DNA of 63,938 nucleotides, the filler included, from Phoronis australis (Eukaryota > Animalia > Phoronida), in NCBI GenBank assembly GCA_002633005.1. It is 7 parts of 7 records of this genome, joined end to end, with 100 filler letters (N's around TTAATTAATTAA, not from the genome) between each part and the next. Parts side by side here need not be neighbours in the genome. Positions count along the whole stretch, not along the records: positions 33,344 to 37,394 come from NMRA01002730.1; positions 37,495 to 56,936 come from NMRA01001341.1; 5 more parts are not named here. One strand, 5' to 3'. A model generated the notes under the pieces. That model saw only the letters and a program-made list of their open reading frames with translations, was not told the origin of the DNA and ran no database searches. Shown one piece after another: positions 36,930-50,506 of the stretch. Position numbers and translations under genes: made by a program. Position 1 is the stretch's first letter; every line of letters starts with the position of its first letter.

Positions 36930-38202
36930 CCTACGTCGTCGGGCTAAGCCTTATTATTGCTATTTTCCTGGGTGCAAAACTTCGACAGGTGCTCACAAAT
37001 TCCCAAAAGACCTAAGGTTACTATAGGCGTGGGAAATTACAGTCAAAAGGGTCAACCAAGTGACAAAAATTGTGTGGAAGCCTAACGCCCCTTGTGTGTG
37101 CTCTATTCATTTCCATGGGTAGACTACATAGACCACTTTGCAGTATAGGTGGCGCTGTGCCAGAGGGTATTCTTCGGGTCCGAATCGTGAGTGGCGCGTT
37201 TATTTAAACTTTATTCGATTACGGATTGTGTATTAGCTATGGGGTAGGTACTTCTTGGATCATTATAACATCCTCTAACCATGTAATAAGGGCTAACAAC
37301 GTGTGCTTCTTGGACTTTAAGAAAGCTCTAAAAACAGTTTCTCACATACATAAATCAAATGCAATCAAAGGGAACAGAGGCGGATCTACAGGGGNNNNNN
37401 NNNNNNNNNNNNNNNNNNNNNNNNNNNNNNNNNNNNNNTTAATTAATTAANNNNNNNNNNNNNNNNNNNNNNNNNNNNNNNNNNNNNNNNNNNNCCAGCC
37501 AAGAGGCGGGATAACTGTTTTTGTTGTTTCACCTAATTAAAAGTAGGTCACAGTTTATTGATACACACACTCTATACATATCACGTGCCAGGAGACTGAT
37601 GCGAAACTGTGTAAAAAATGGATAACCGAAATCGAGTCGGTGGTTAAAGCATGTCGTTAGCGTGATATCGAAACAGCGAAGTGTCAAATTACTTATTGAA
37701 TTCAGGAATTTGGGTGAGGATATATCGCTTTTCTCAACTAAACTTGCTGTGTTCGTGACCACAGAGGCGTGAGGTGACTCGTAGCATTCGTCTCAGTGGT
37801 CGTATGCATTTTTGTCTGTTTTCCCCTGCACTGTACTATCATAAGTACACCTTGTTGACTCAGTATTATGGTGACTCGGTGAATAAAAGGACTGAGGCTA
37901 CGTACGAAGCTGCTCTGTACCTCCGGGCAGGAGATTCGATTTGTGTGACAGCCCTGTAATCTTTGACCTTGGATAAGTAGTAAACAAATATCCATGTGGT
38001 TGTGTGGTTCCAAATGCTTCTGCTAAATCTTTTTTCTTGCTACACAATATATATATATTTTGTGTTTGAAGTTCCCCGAGAATAAAGATAAGGTATTTTG
38101 CTAGACACATGAAATATTGTAAAAATGACCAATTTTTGTGAATAAGGTTTGAGATAACCTGAACTGATTTTTAGTAGTGTGCATAGAACTTACTATTTGT
38201 AG

Positions 38203-38397
38203 CTGAAGACTAGCAGCACAGAAAAACACGAGTTTGAAAAAGAGAGGTGTGAATATTTGCACGAACGTGATATTGAGAAGTACAAAAAGTCACAGAGGAA
38301 AGCCATCCAAAAAGCCTCAAAACGAGGGAATGAAGAGAGTGCACAGCAGTCTATGAATGAACACATTCAGAGAATGATACAAGAGTATCAGAAGAAG
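38203..38397 (+). CDS. PLCB: Phospholipase C-beta C-terminal coiled-coil exon
   Basis: Open 195-nt exon ending gaagaag/gtagg, charged helical sequence, in phase with the next exon; 5' boundary less certain. Confidence 0.7.
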
Positions 38398-38840
38398 GTA
38401 GGACAGGTCCCAACTTCAAATTTCCTGGTCAGCTTTTGGTTTATATTTCAGGAACTTGTTTCTTATTTCATTAAAAATGGGTATCACAGATTTTGAAAAT
38501 CTGGACTTTTTAAGCTTAAAGATTATTTCTTAATCTTAAAATGTGTATTTTTATCTTAAAAATCTGTATTAAATATTAATAGTTAACTGATTGCCTCAAC
38601 GTGAAAACTCACTGTAACTCATTTTTTGAGTTAAAGTTTAAGAAATTGGCATGCAATGCACAGGACTTATATAACTTGGACTACCATTGTCAGATCATCT
38701 CATGGGAAACTTTCCTAAGCTATTAGTTTCAGTCAGCCGACATTTTTGTTCAGTCCTATGCCTTTAATTATGATCCATGGCCTGAATTTGACCTCACCTT
38801 GTACCAAGGATCTTTTTCATATTCAAAATTCTCCATCCAG

Positions 38841-39112
38841 ATATCTGATATGGATAATGCCCACAGCCAGAGTATGGCCGCGCTGCATAAGGAGTTCTTC
38901 AAGAAAGAGTTTGATTGTAACATGAGGTTGCATGAACCATACTACATTGCTCTCTATCACGTTGTGCTGAAACATCAGGAGACTCAGTTGAAGAGGTTTC
39001 AAAAAATTCAAAAGAAAGAGCGAGCAATCCTGAAGAAGAGTTTGGATGCGCATAATAGGAGTGAAACGAAGGCTTTGGCAAAAAAACACCGCAACAAGGA
39101 AGAGCTGCAAAG
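38841..39112 (+). CDS. PLCB: Phospholipase C-beta exon (...HQETQLKRFQKIQKKERAILKKSLDAHNRSETKALAKKHRNKEELQR)
   Basis: AG/GT boundaries; resembles the invertebrate PLC-beta (Plc21C-type) tail LKK..D.....E.K.LA.KH..K.EL.R. Confidence 0.82.
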
Positions 39113-39299
39113 GTGCGTGTGTTACAATATCAGCCACCAGATGGCGTTTATTCTATACTAAAAGTTCAAGGTTATCACACTTGTTGTTTTGCTCTCAATT
39201 CATCATCCAATTGGGGCCTAGTATGTCAAAGTAATCATCAAAGAGGTCAATTTGAAACAGCATGGCTGGATCTTATCTGAGATGAGCATTGGTCATCTA

Positions 39300-39419
39300 C
39301 CGTAATCGTTTGGGTTAACGCCCTGGGCGGTTAAATTGGCAAACCCAAAAAATCGGGGGTGGGCGGTTAACCAGACATGGGCGCATCAACGTGAAATTTC
39401 AAGAAATCGGGGGGGGGGG
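39300..39419 (+). mobile_element. Left end of a TA-inserted pogo/Tc1-like MITE
   Basis: ta|ccgtaatcgtttgggttaacgccc; absent from the duplicate intron copy at 39722. Confidence 0.55.
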
Positions 39420-39420
39420 N

Positions 39421-39723
39421 TTTCAAAAAATTCAAAAGAAAGAGCGAGCAATCCTGAAGAAGAGTTTGGATGCGCATAATAGGAGTGAAACGAAGGCTTT
39501 GGCAAAAAAACACCGCAACAAGGAAGAGCTGCAAAGGTGCGTGTGTTACAATATGAGCCACCAGATGGCGTTTATTCTATACTAAAAGTTCAAGGTCAAC
39601 AGACTTGTTGTTTTGCTCTCAATTCATCATTCAATTGGTGCTTAGTATGTCAAAGTAATCATCAAAGAGGTCAATTTGAAACAGCATGGCTGGATCTTAT
39701 CTGAGATGAGCATTGGTCATCTA
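39421..39723 (+). repeat. Duplicate of 38997-39299 (partial PLC-beta exon and intron), likely second haplotype
   Basis: Near-identical sequence starting right after the single N at 39420. Confidence 0.85.
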
Positions 39724-39771
39724 TATTTTCCTACTATAGTACATGCTATGAGTATTTAGACAAAATGACCC

Positions 39772-40176
39772 GGGCCCGGTCTCCAATATTTTTACTCGAA
39801 ATGGAACTCGAAATTAGGTTTGGCATTTTCTACTCTACTTTTTGGGGGAAATCAAGATAAGTGTCTATTATTCTATGCTCGAGTACACAATAACTTACGT
39901 AGATAATTTATTGCCCTTAGTTCACAGTTTGTAAACCCAATATTAAAGCAATAAGTTTGAGTTTGAACTCGAAATTTCGAGTTTTTACTCGAGTTTGTAG
40001 CACGAATATAAGGGTCTTCAAGGGCAAACTTGAACTAGAAACTCCTATGCATAAACTATAATGTATTCAAACACAGTCTGATAACCAATTATCTTAAGTT
40101 CGCACAAAAGGAGCAGAGAAATTGCCAAAAAATAGTTTTGAGTTTGTTTCGAGTACAAAGATTAGAGACCGGGCCC
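39772..40176. mobile_element. Complete ~405-bp PIF/Harbinger-like MITE
   Basis: TIR gggcccggtctccaatatttttactcgaaa...tttcgagtacaaagattagagaccgggccc. Confidence 0.78.
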
Positions 40177-40597
40177 AGGACTGCTGGGCTTATGTCGAAT
40201 TCATGGTCAGAGTTGCCGTCTCCTGTGACCGAGAAGAAAGAGATGAACAGGAACGTTAGTAAGGTGACTAAAACGCCTTTATGTGATTAGAATGTTGAGG
40301 TCATAATAGTCATAACCAGGCATAATAGTCATGACCATCCATTTTTGCTGTTAATAGAATTAATTAGTTGTCATGGCTGTCTGATCACGTTTTTCATGTA
40401 CTGTACCTTCGTTTGTGTTAAGCAAACCTCATTAAAGTACACTGATGCTGTAAACATTAATGCATGTTGAGTTTTGTTGAATACTTAACATCTGCACATT
40501 TTTAAAGGACCTTAGCCACTTTGGAAAATACTTAAATATAAGAAATTAGAATTCAAGACAGGAATTGACGGTTTTAGACTGCTTTCACTACTTTCAG

Positions 40598-40742
40598 GAG
40601 AAAAAGAGAGGCTGAGAAGAAGCATATTACCATGGCGGTCGCTGAACTAGAGAAACTTCAGAAGAAGCTGAAACAGATGGAGGAGCAGCTAGTGGAGGCG
40701 AATAAAGAGATATTGGACAGTGTGGATATTGAGCGTAATGAG
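40598..40742 (+). CDS. PLCB: Phospholipase C-beta exon (RKREAEKKHITMAVAELEKLQKKLKQMEEQLVEANKEILDSVDIERNE)
   Basis: AG/GT boundaries; KRE...KHI..AV.E...L motif; phase fits. Confidence 0.82.
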
Positions 40743-40972
40743 GTGGGTGTGACTGAGTTATATGAAAGGACTGTTGTAGGGAGTCACTGAAAAGATATTG
40801 GACTGAGTTGCTTAAGATAAGCTGTTGGTTGTAATTTTGTTCCATATAGTTGTGATATTTGGTTCGTTATTATTTTGTGGATAAAGTCAATTGCACATTA
40901 AATGTCTGGTGACTGACCAGATCAACTACACCGTGACTTCTTCGAGTCTGATTTTAATCAGTTGTTGTGCAG

Positions 40973-41113
40973 GTTCAAGAAAAAATCCAAGCAGATTATG
41001 AATCTCGCTGCGAGGAGGTGGATAAGAGATGGAGCAGAAATGTTGACGACCAGGCGCCATCATCAGGTCACGTGTCAAAGACCAACAGTGCAGAAGAGAT
41101 GACTGAACTGTAA
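40973..41113 (+). CDS. PLCB: Phospholipase C-beta terminal exon (VQEKIQADYESRCEEVDKRWS...AEEMTEL*)
   Basis: gcag acceptor; ends in class I PDZ ligand T-E-L. Confidence 0.8.
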   Translation, partial: VQEKIQADYESRCEEVDKRWSRNVDDQAPSSGHVSKTNSAEEMTEL

Positions 41114-41133
41114 AAAGAGTGAGTTGTACTATN

Positions 41134-42428
41134 TACTTTTGGGCGAAATCAAGATAAGTGTCTATTATTCTATGCTCGAGTACACAATAACTTACGTAGA
41201 TAATTTATTGCCCTTAGTTCACAGTTTGTAAACCCAATATTAAAGCAATAAGTTTGAGTTTGAACTCGAAATTTCGAGTTTTTACTTGAGTTTGTAGCAC
41301 GAATATAAGGGTCTTCAAGGACAAACTTGAACTAGAAACTCCTATGCATAAACTATAATGTATTCGAGCACAGTCTGATAACCAATTATCTTAAGTTCGC
41401 ACAAAAGGAGCAGAGAAATTGCCAAAAATAGTTTCGAATTGGTTTCGAGTACAAAGATTAGAGACAGGGCCCAGGACTGCTGGGCTTATGTCGAATTCAT
41501 CGTCAGAGTTGCCTTCTCCTGTGACCGAGAAGAAAGGGATGAACAGGAATGTTAGTAAGGTGACTAAAACGCCTTTATGTGATTAGAATGTTGAGGTCAT
41601 AATAGTCATAACCAGGCATAATGGTCATGACCATCCATTTTTGCTGTTAAAAGAATTAATTAGTTGTCATGGCAGTCTGATCACGTTTTTCATGTACTGT
41701 ACCTTCGTTTGTGTTAAGCAAACCTCATTAAAATACACTGATGCTGTAAACATTAATGCGTGTTGAGTTTTGTTGAATACTTAACATCTGCACATTTTTA
41801 AAGGACCTTAGCCACTTTGTAAAATACTTAAATAAAAGAAATTCGAATTCAAGACAGGAATTGACGGTTTTAGACTGCATTCACTACTTTCAGGAGAAAA
41901 AGAGAAGCTGAGAAGAAGCATATTACCATGGCGGTCGCTGAACTAGAGAAACTTCAGAAGAAGCTGAAACAGATGGAGGAGCAGCTAGTGGAGGCGAATA
42001 AAGAGATAATGGACAGTGTAGATATTGAGCGTAATGAGGTGGGTGTGACTGAGTTATATGAAAGGACTGTTGTAGGGAGTCACTGAAAACATATTGGACT
42101 GAGTTGCTTAAGATAAGCTGTTGGTTGTATTTTTGTTCCGTATAGTTGTGATATTTGGTTCGTTATTATTTTGTGGATAAAGTCAATTGCACATTAAATG
42201 TCTGGTGACTGACCAGATCAACTACACCGTGACTTCTTTGAGTCTGATTTTAATCAGTTGTTGTGCAGGTTCAAGAAAAAATCCAAGCAGATTATGAATC
42301 TCGCTGCGAGGAGGTAGATAAGAGATGGAGCAGAAATGTTGACGACCAGGCGCCATCATCGGGTCACGTGTCAAAGACCAACAGTGCAGAAGAGATGACT
42401 GAACTGTAAAAAGAGTGAGTTGTACTAT
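41134..42428 (+). repeat. Tandem duplicate of ~39835-41132 with second copies of the last two PLC-beta exons (41894-42038, 42269-42409); likely allelic
   Basis: Near-identical with scattered SNPs; joined at the single N at 41133. Confidence 0.88.
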
Positions 42429-45400
42429 TGGCTAAACCAGAAGTCACGTCTTATTTGTCTATATTATAATTTCCTTTCATCCATTTGGCAGGCATGACAG
42501 GCCAGTCTTCTTAGATTTCCAAGTTGATTATTGACAGCAGAAGCAGACATTAAGGAATATGACTTTTAAATGATTATTGCAAAGAACATATAGTGTACGA
42601 TGATTGGAGTTTAGGTTATCTGGGACCTTAGCAAACGACCTCAACTCTAAGTTAAATATCGAAAAAACTATGCTTTGTCAACTATTAAAAGTATATACAG
42701 TGCTGATCGAAAATAGCTTCCCCTTGAATGCACTTAAGGCTCAGTTAGACCTAGGGTGACCCTTAACTGCATGGAGTGAGGCCAGGCTTTGCCTGGAGGC
42801 ACTCTGAACTCGGGTTGGGTCGGAACTCAACTTAAGAATGGCCTTGGCAGGATCTGAGATGGACTTCGGTTATTGAGGCGTTTAATGTCCGAGGCGTTTC
42901 TCCTGTATTCACTGGACAAAGCCTTTTCAAGTTAGTGTAGATAAGCCGGTGGAGTGTGAGACCCCTGAGGTCCCTGTCAAGTCCTCATGGAAAATTTCAC
43001 ATTATGAGAAAGATCAAGGATTCTAGAAAAACTGGCTGCTTACTACTTTGTGTTTATTATTGATATGTGACCCATTTTTGGGGTCAAATTTTCATGTGCA
43101 AGAAAGGTACATTCATAGCAAAATAACGCCCCAGCCAATTTTACTGCATTTTTTGTAAAACGTTTTAGTAAATTCGGCGGGGTTATTTTGCTATGAATGT
43201 ACCTTTCGTGCACATGAAAATTTGACTTAAAAACATGGTCATGGTCACATGACATAATAATAAAGACACAGTAGTAAGAATCATATGTTTAGAATGCTTG
43301 ATCTTTCACCTTTCAGAAAACAAATGTTTTTAAAGATGGCCTCCGGCGTCTAAAACACCCTTTTGACACCAGAACTACAAGTATTTTGGAATGAAATATT
43401 GTTTTTGTTTCTTACATACCATAGAAAGTAATTAACTGCAATGTGAATTACACCCGCAGTAATTTGAAGCCCCTTTGAGCCCCCCAATGATATTCTCAAC
43501 CTGTCAGTTTAAAGTGGTACATATGACATCATGCAAACCAAATTTCTCCGAAGCCTCACTGAGTGTCATTTCTTGGACATAGCTACTAACTGTCTCTGCC
43601 TAGTGGGCGGAAATGTCACATTGCGTTGCCCCCCCCCCCCCCNCCCCTCCGATCCCGACATATACCGTGCATGGAATAGATTTGTATCCAGAACAAGTAA
43701 GGACTGGCGATGACAAGGCCTGTTCTAGCTTTGGTTTGCATCTATGTGGGTAAAAAAGTGACCAAATAAGATCTGATTCAAAATTAATGTCATTAAAACT
43801 ACACTCTCAACGATTCTTCAATCGACTGTTCTCTTCCACAAGGTTACGTACATGTCACCACCACAAATTCTCGGAACTGGTTTTCTTTTGTTACCAATCT
43901 TAGCATTTTAATCACCAGCAAACTGAATTTCAGAACACACTTAAGTGCCTAGAAATGTGTCGTTTATTGGCCATTTGCGTCACTTTCTGAAAAGTACGAC
44001 CTGGCGGCAGAGTGGATTTTATAGTTGTGGAACATATGCGATGTCTTGATGTATGTAAATGTCATCTTTTTCAACATGTCTTGATGGTCTGCCAAATTGT
44101 GGCAATCCCTGTGGCAGTGCCTACTCATGTTGCTGCATATGTGTGTCTGAAGCACCGTGTGTGTCCACAAGGCCAGATCCGCCGGCTCACCTCTGAACTA
44201 AGAGCAGACGGGGAGCACGGAGTCACGATGCACTCCAGTTACCCCAAGGTTGGCGGAGGACCGATTTGAGGTTTGCACACCTTCGATTTGCAACCAGGGG
44301 GTTTCCCTCGAGAAAGAAAATGTGTTGATTACAATGACACATTTTGAAGCAGAGATGTTGCAAAATTTTAAGAAGTGGCGCGTGCGCATGTCACAAGTGT
44401 ACTTATGGGCAGCGAAAAGGTTCAAAATAGACACCAGCGCCAAATAAACAAGTGGTTTGACAAACAGACAAGTGGTTTGCTAAACAGACAAGTGATTCGT
44501 CAAATAAACAGGTCAAGAATGCTATGGTTTTCCAAACAGACAAGTCAACTTTGCAGATTTTGTCGGATAAACCAGTGCCTACTGTTGAACAAACAAGTAA
44601 GTTGGCAAATGATTAAGTAGGTTGCCAAACAGACAAGTAACCTTGTAGGCTCAACTTGTCGAACAGACAAGTCATCTGTTAAACGTACAAGACAAACACG
44701 GCAAACGAACAGAGGGCGCCACTTGAAAACGAATGACGTCACGGAGTCTCAATCTGCCTGAACCCCGAACCTGCATTATGTTATTTTTATTCTGGAATGG
44801 GATAAAAACTGGTGAGGCTTTGCTGCGCATTTACTACGTAAGCCAACTGCTTTGCGCCAGTGGACGCTTCAGCTGTAACTGAAAGGTAAGATCATGACTA
44901 TTTCTGCTTTATTCTGTATAATTTGCATTGCAATCAATATAATAGAGTAAAACAACTGCTTTTAAGCAGTTACGAAAGGTGTTGTTTCTTAATTTTCAAT
45001 TTTAATTGTTAAGAAACAACACCTTTTGTATTTTGTTTTTTATTTTGGCAGACATCAACCTGAATCATCATAATACAGTTTATGTTCCTTTTGAGAGATA
45101 AAATGATAAATGACACGGGGTATATGTTTTACAGTCGTATTTAGCCATCTTGTCGAACTTAAGTTTTCCATTCCTAACCTCAGACCAGCAAGTGAGGTCA
45201 ACGATTGTGTTATTGAAGGTAGCGCAATGTACCTCAAGTACTGCATGCGCCGCAATCCCCGAGCTTCCGTCTCAGGTCCGGGGTTCCGTACAAGGGCCGT
45301 CCGGTTCATGGTAACCCCTGAACTTATACATACGTAAATGTATGCATGCATTTATGTTTGTATGTAGATATTTATGCATGTATGTATTCATATGTATTCA

Positions 45401-45570
45401 GGCTTTTGAAAATGAAAGAACTCCGTTACTTACCTTCGTGTTAAATTGTATTTCAGAAAATAGCCTTTGCCATGCAATACAGAGTTGAATACCAGTTACA
45501 GAACGATTGAAGACGCTAGTGTGTCCGACCATTTTGTGATGGAATTAATTAAGGCTATCAGAGAAAAACT

Positions 45571-46100
45571 TTGGAACACCCGGCCAGTAGCAGGTGGAAG
45601 TTCGTCATTCATGGCGACATCGATGGCTTCTCTCGGTTTATTTTTTGCTTGAATGTTAGCAGCAACAACAAGTCGAGTACAGTGCTTAAACTCTTTCTCG
45701 AGGCAACCAATAGCACGTGGGATTTGCCTTCACGAGTGCGCGGGGACAAAGGGGTTGAGAATAGAGATGTTGCCCACTACATGCTCAACCATTCAAACAT
45801 AGGTCCAGGGGAACGTTTCATTACGAGCAAGAGTGTTCATAACTCTATGATTGAGCGATTGTGGCGTGACGTTACGCAAAACGTTAGTCCTTATTTTATG
45901 ATAGCTTCATGTTGCTGTAGTCAAAAGATTTATTGAATCCGAATGATGAGACCGATTTGTATCTTATACATCATCGTTTCATGGAGACCATTCAGCGTGC
46001 GCTGCCCTGATTCGCTGCGGATTTTTGGAACAACTACAGCATTTGAACGGAAAACAATAAATCTCCAACTCAGCTGTTTATGAGTGGTCTGCATAGAATG
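45571..46100 (+). pseudogene. IS3EU DDE transposase catalytic core (frameshifted)
   Basis: [50 protein letters not shown], then [11 protein letters not shown]...FWNN...TENNKSPTQLF in another frame. Confidence 0.88.
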
Positions 46101-48918
46101 CGATAAGTCAACTGCCTGGATTCCAAATGAGTAATTGGAAACGTTCACTGAGGTGTGAGTAAAAGCCATAGTGACCTATATTTTTTATTGTTGCAGATGT
46201 GTTCAGAATTATTCGCTCTGTAGCTAAAAGAGTGGCTTTATTTGTTTTTATTTTTCCTTTAACTACATAAGAGTGCAACAACTTAATTTTTTTCTTTGGC
46301 ATTTTAGACAACACAAATTTCTTGCTGACATCTTTCACGGTGTCAATGTGCCAGCGTTTGCACTTTAATACTTTTTACATAAATGAACGCTTACGACCAA
46401 CGCTGAAGCATGTGCGTCAGCTTAACAAACACTGTGACTGTTGTTTTTGGTACGTCCCATGGATTTTGGTTTAGTGAGTTTGATTTAGTCACTTTATTTC
46501 TTGACAGGCTGGAGTCTCAGAATTTGGTATCGACGCTACTACACCGCCTGCGCCACACAATAATNGTGCAATTTTCCTTGGCATGGTCGGCATCACGTCT
46601 AATGTGCCAAAGAAATAATAAAAATACTAATGAGTTCGTTCATGACGCATTAAAACGGCCTCGACAGCGCTATCAAAAGGTGAACAATTTTCGAAACAGC
46701 ATGAGGTTGGATTACTATGACCTTTCCAATAGGTGTTAGGTTTCGTCTTGACCAATTTCTTAACAGAACGTTTACCTATTTTAAATTATCAAAATAATTT
46801 TGATTAACCATGTCTTTCAAATTAACTTGAAACCAACTTCAAGGAAGATTTTTTGGTTCATGAAAAATTTATTTTGGTGTAACCATGTAGGAAAACAATG
46901 GTATTCGTAAAACTTGTAAATGTGTTCTAAAAAATAGGAATAAAATCTCAAAAACGTTTTTCTAAATTGTCATTTTTTATGGAAAGTTGATTGTTTTCAT
47001 AAAAATAAAGGTGTCGTCTTTTTGATAGACCGTCATGTAAAAGTGGTATATTTTGAGAGCAAATTATGTTTGTGCTCAATACAGGTTGTACTATAGGTTA
47101 ATCATTTAATCATTGGTGCTGGCATATATTGCCCACAGGGAGCCTCAGTCAGCTTCTGATCGTCCCCAAAATGCCGATGCGTACTGTCATAACCAATGAA
47201 ATAAGTATAGCTCATTGGTCAATAGTGTTCCACGCGAATTGGTAAGGAGTTATACGATGAGTTACTGATGGACGCCAATTGCCGGTTCATCACGGAAGAT
47301 TAGCTGGTACTGAACTGTTAGACTAGGCCAGGCTTGGGGATTTTAGTTAGGTATTGTATGTAGATCAAGTGAATATGGTTTTTTTGTATTTGTGAACATG
47401 TTAAGATTGAAAATAGACCACTTGCTCGGCTGTAGCTGCACTGTTCTTCAAGATGGTGGCCCCCTGTTGCATATCTTGGAAGCAACTGAGAAATTGGCCG
47501 CGATTTCATAAGTAGCCCTCAAACAAGCCAGATTTGCAGAAAAACAAGTTGGTTGACAGTACTTTTAGACCACATTTTTGGATACGGTAGGAAATTTGCT
47601 TTCGGAATCTAATGTTGGCTTTTTGTCGAGCATCGGGAGGGAAGTGGCGGTTTTGGGATGAAAAGTGCCAATTTTGCGTTTTTTGTCCCTATTTTTTGCA
47701 GTCTAACTTGGTTTTCAGTGAGGTGTGAAAGGGTCAAAAATACAAAAGAGAATAAAGTTTCTGTGCTCATATATAGGGCTTGTGATGTGAAATGACTCAA
47801 AACGTTTCTTTCTTTGCATGCAGTTTTTGACAGAACGGTTGCCGGAGAGTCCATTGACGTGTGTTCTGATAGGCAAGCCCCAATGAGAACTGTTCTGTGC
47901 CCCCTTACGAAATGATCTCTAGGGAGTTATTGAGGTCGTTATCTTCCGCGACAAATCGGCAAAAAGATTAATTTCGACGTGAAGACAGAACCAAATGAAC
48001 TCCGAAAGAATCCTGCTGACCTGTTGACAACTTTAATTGATAAGAAAATAACGTTTCAGGTCAAGCGGACCTCCTCACACAGATTACACTCTCTGTATAC
48101 AAAACATTCCGCCATATGTTCAACCAACATGTGGCGGCATTATGGTCTAACTGAGTGACATAATAAGCAAAACATACGGCATTGTCCTTATTTTGCTATA
48201 ATCACCATCGTTTGGGAGAACTTCATAATGCCTTGAGTTTCATATAAATCCGATCAGCCATTTCTGAGATATGATGTTAGGAAATTAACCAAGTTTGGAC
48301 ACTTGTATCGGATCCTACGTAGTCTTAATCTGGCTTTCAGTCGTGCTGAGTATCATTGTTTTTTTTAATGGACGTTAACTGGTTTTTAATTTTCCACACC
48401 GGTTTGCAGCCCGACACTCTTAGAATACACTTCACATGGTCCGTAAATACAGAATTCCTTTTTTTTCTGAAGTGCATTTTAAAAAGGTTTGTCGTCTTGC
48501 AGTTGTGCAGCTTTCACGTGCTATTAATGATTTCTATTTTAGAAAATGCTACGCATATAACAAGGAATGACAAAATAAAATAAATAAAAAATGGCAAGTA
48601 AATATTAATTCAACTGGGCGTGATAAATGCTGACTTACTAGTTTGAAATCTGCACTTGATTTGTTTATTCAGAATTATACCTGGATACCATGAGGATATC
48701 AAAAGAGGGGATAACAATGCACCAAATCTAAAATGCGTTCCAAAATGAAAAAGCACACTTACCCTTTAAAGTTAAAGCTGACGTAACCTCCTCAGGCTAG
48801 ACGGACGTGAATTTGAAGTGCAAAAGAGCACGAACTTTAGCCGTAAAATTACAAAAGTGTCGCTTGGCTATGTGGCGGCGAGTTTTATAGTCCGCGGCAA
48901 ATTATCAGAAATTTTTAG

Positions 48919-49957
48919 CAGCCGGTTTCGAGGTCCCTTCTCCCAAAAATACTAATCGTTGCTTCCCCGCAGTTTTGTGACTGTGGTTAGAGGTCTGGCC
49001 TCGAAATCGTATTTAAAAGATGAGATCCATACAGATAAACTCTGTCAAGTGCTGGCAATTAATCATGCAAGGTGCTGAAAACCACTGTGACAGATATTTC
49101 AGTCCCACCGTCAACAACGAGACTCGTTAGGTTATGATAATTTCATATGAAACAAAATCATATAATGTCTGTGCCGGTATAATGCCACAGCATTGAATCT
49201 GATTGTTGCAATTTTGACAACAGTGACCCTCAGTACATGTATGTAATGCAGAGTGTTATTGACGCAAAGAGGAAAAATGCGGTTGTACCGTACTACACTT
49301 ATATAAATGAGCAAATGAAAGTAGCTCAAACTGAAGCTACCGAGGTGTTTCATTTTCAACGAAACATGATTGAAGAAAGTGACATAAACGGTGTTTTTCA
49401 AACTTTAAAACAAAAAGTAGGCCTATGTTGTGCACTGNCAGCCGGTTTCGAGGTCCCTTCCCCCAAAAATACTAATCGTTGCTTCCCCGCAGTTTTGTAA
49501 CTGTGGGTAGAGGTTGGCCTCGAAATCGTAAAAGATGAGATCCATACAGATAAACTCTGTCAAGTGTTGGCAATTAATCATGCAAGGTGCTGAAAACCAT
49601 GTGACAGATATTTCAGTCCCACCGTCAACAACGAGACTCGTTAGGTTATGATAATTTCATATGAAACAAAATCATATAATGTCTGTGCCGGTATAATGCC
49701 ACAGCATTGAATCTGATTGTTGCAATTTTGACAACAGTGACCATCAGTACATGTATGTACATGTAATGCAGAGTGTTATTGACGCAAAGAGGAAAAATGG
49801 TTGTACCGTACTACAAATGAGCAAATGAAAGTAACTCAAACTGAAGCTACCGAGGTTTTCATTTTCAACGATATTTTGTGAAACATGATTAAAGAAAGTG
49901 ACATAAACGTTGTTTTTCAAACTTTAAAACAAAAAGTAGGCCTATGTTGTGCACTGC
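48919..49957. repeat. ~520-bp tandem duplication around the single N at 49438 (likely allelic)
   Basis: cagccggtttcgaggtccc starts at 48919 and 49439; copies differ by small indels. Confidence 0.85.
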
Positions 49958-49988
49958 AAAACTAACTTCGTTAGTACGGGGAATACAG

Positions 49989-50506
49989 GACCACATCAAT
50001 TTCAACTTTCGTCAAAGAAGAGGATAACCCAGCAACATGTAATCACAAAGTAACAAACCTGATCACACATGATTGTAGGTCATAATATTAACGGTTTGAC
50101 CTCAAATTATGGAATAACAATTAATTGGCAGGGTGGCCGAACCAAGCTTTGAATACTTATTTACGTACGTGTTCGTGTTCGTGAACAGTTCAATCTAGCA
50201 TTTGGCAGCTTGGTTTAAACAAGCAAACACATCACGATTCCATNGACCACATCAATTTCAACTTTCGTCAAAGAAGAGGATAACCCAGCAACACGTAATC
50301 ACAAAGTAACAAACCTGATCGCACATGATTGCAGGTCATAATATTAACGGTTTGACCTCAAATTATGGAATAACAATTAATTGGCGGGATCGCCGAACCA
50401 AGCTTTGAATACTTATTTACGTACGTGTTCGTGTTCGTGAAACAGTTCAACTTGAATCTAGCAATTGGCAGTTTGGTTTAAACAAGCAAACGCATCACGA
50501 TTCCAT
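49989..50506. repeat. ~255-bp tandem duplication around the single N at 50244 (likely allelic)
   Basis: gaccacatcaatttcaactttcg starts at 49989 and 50245. Confidence 0.85.
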
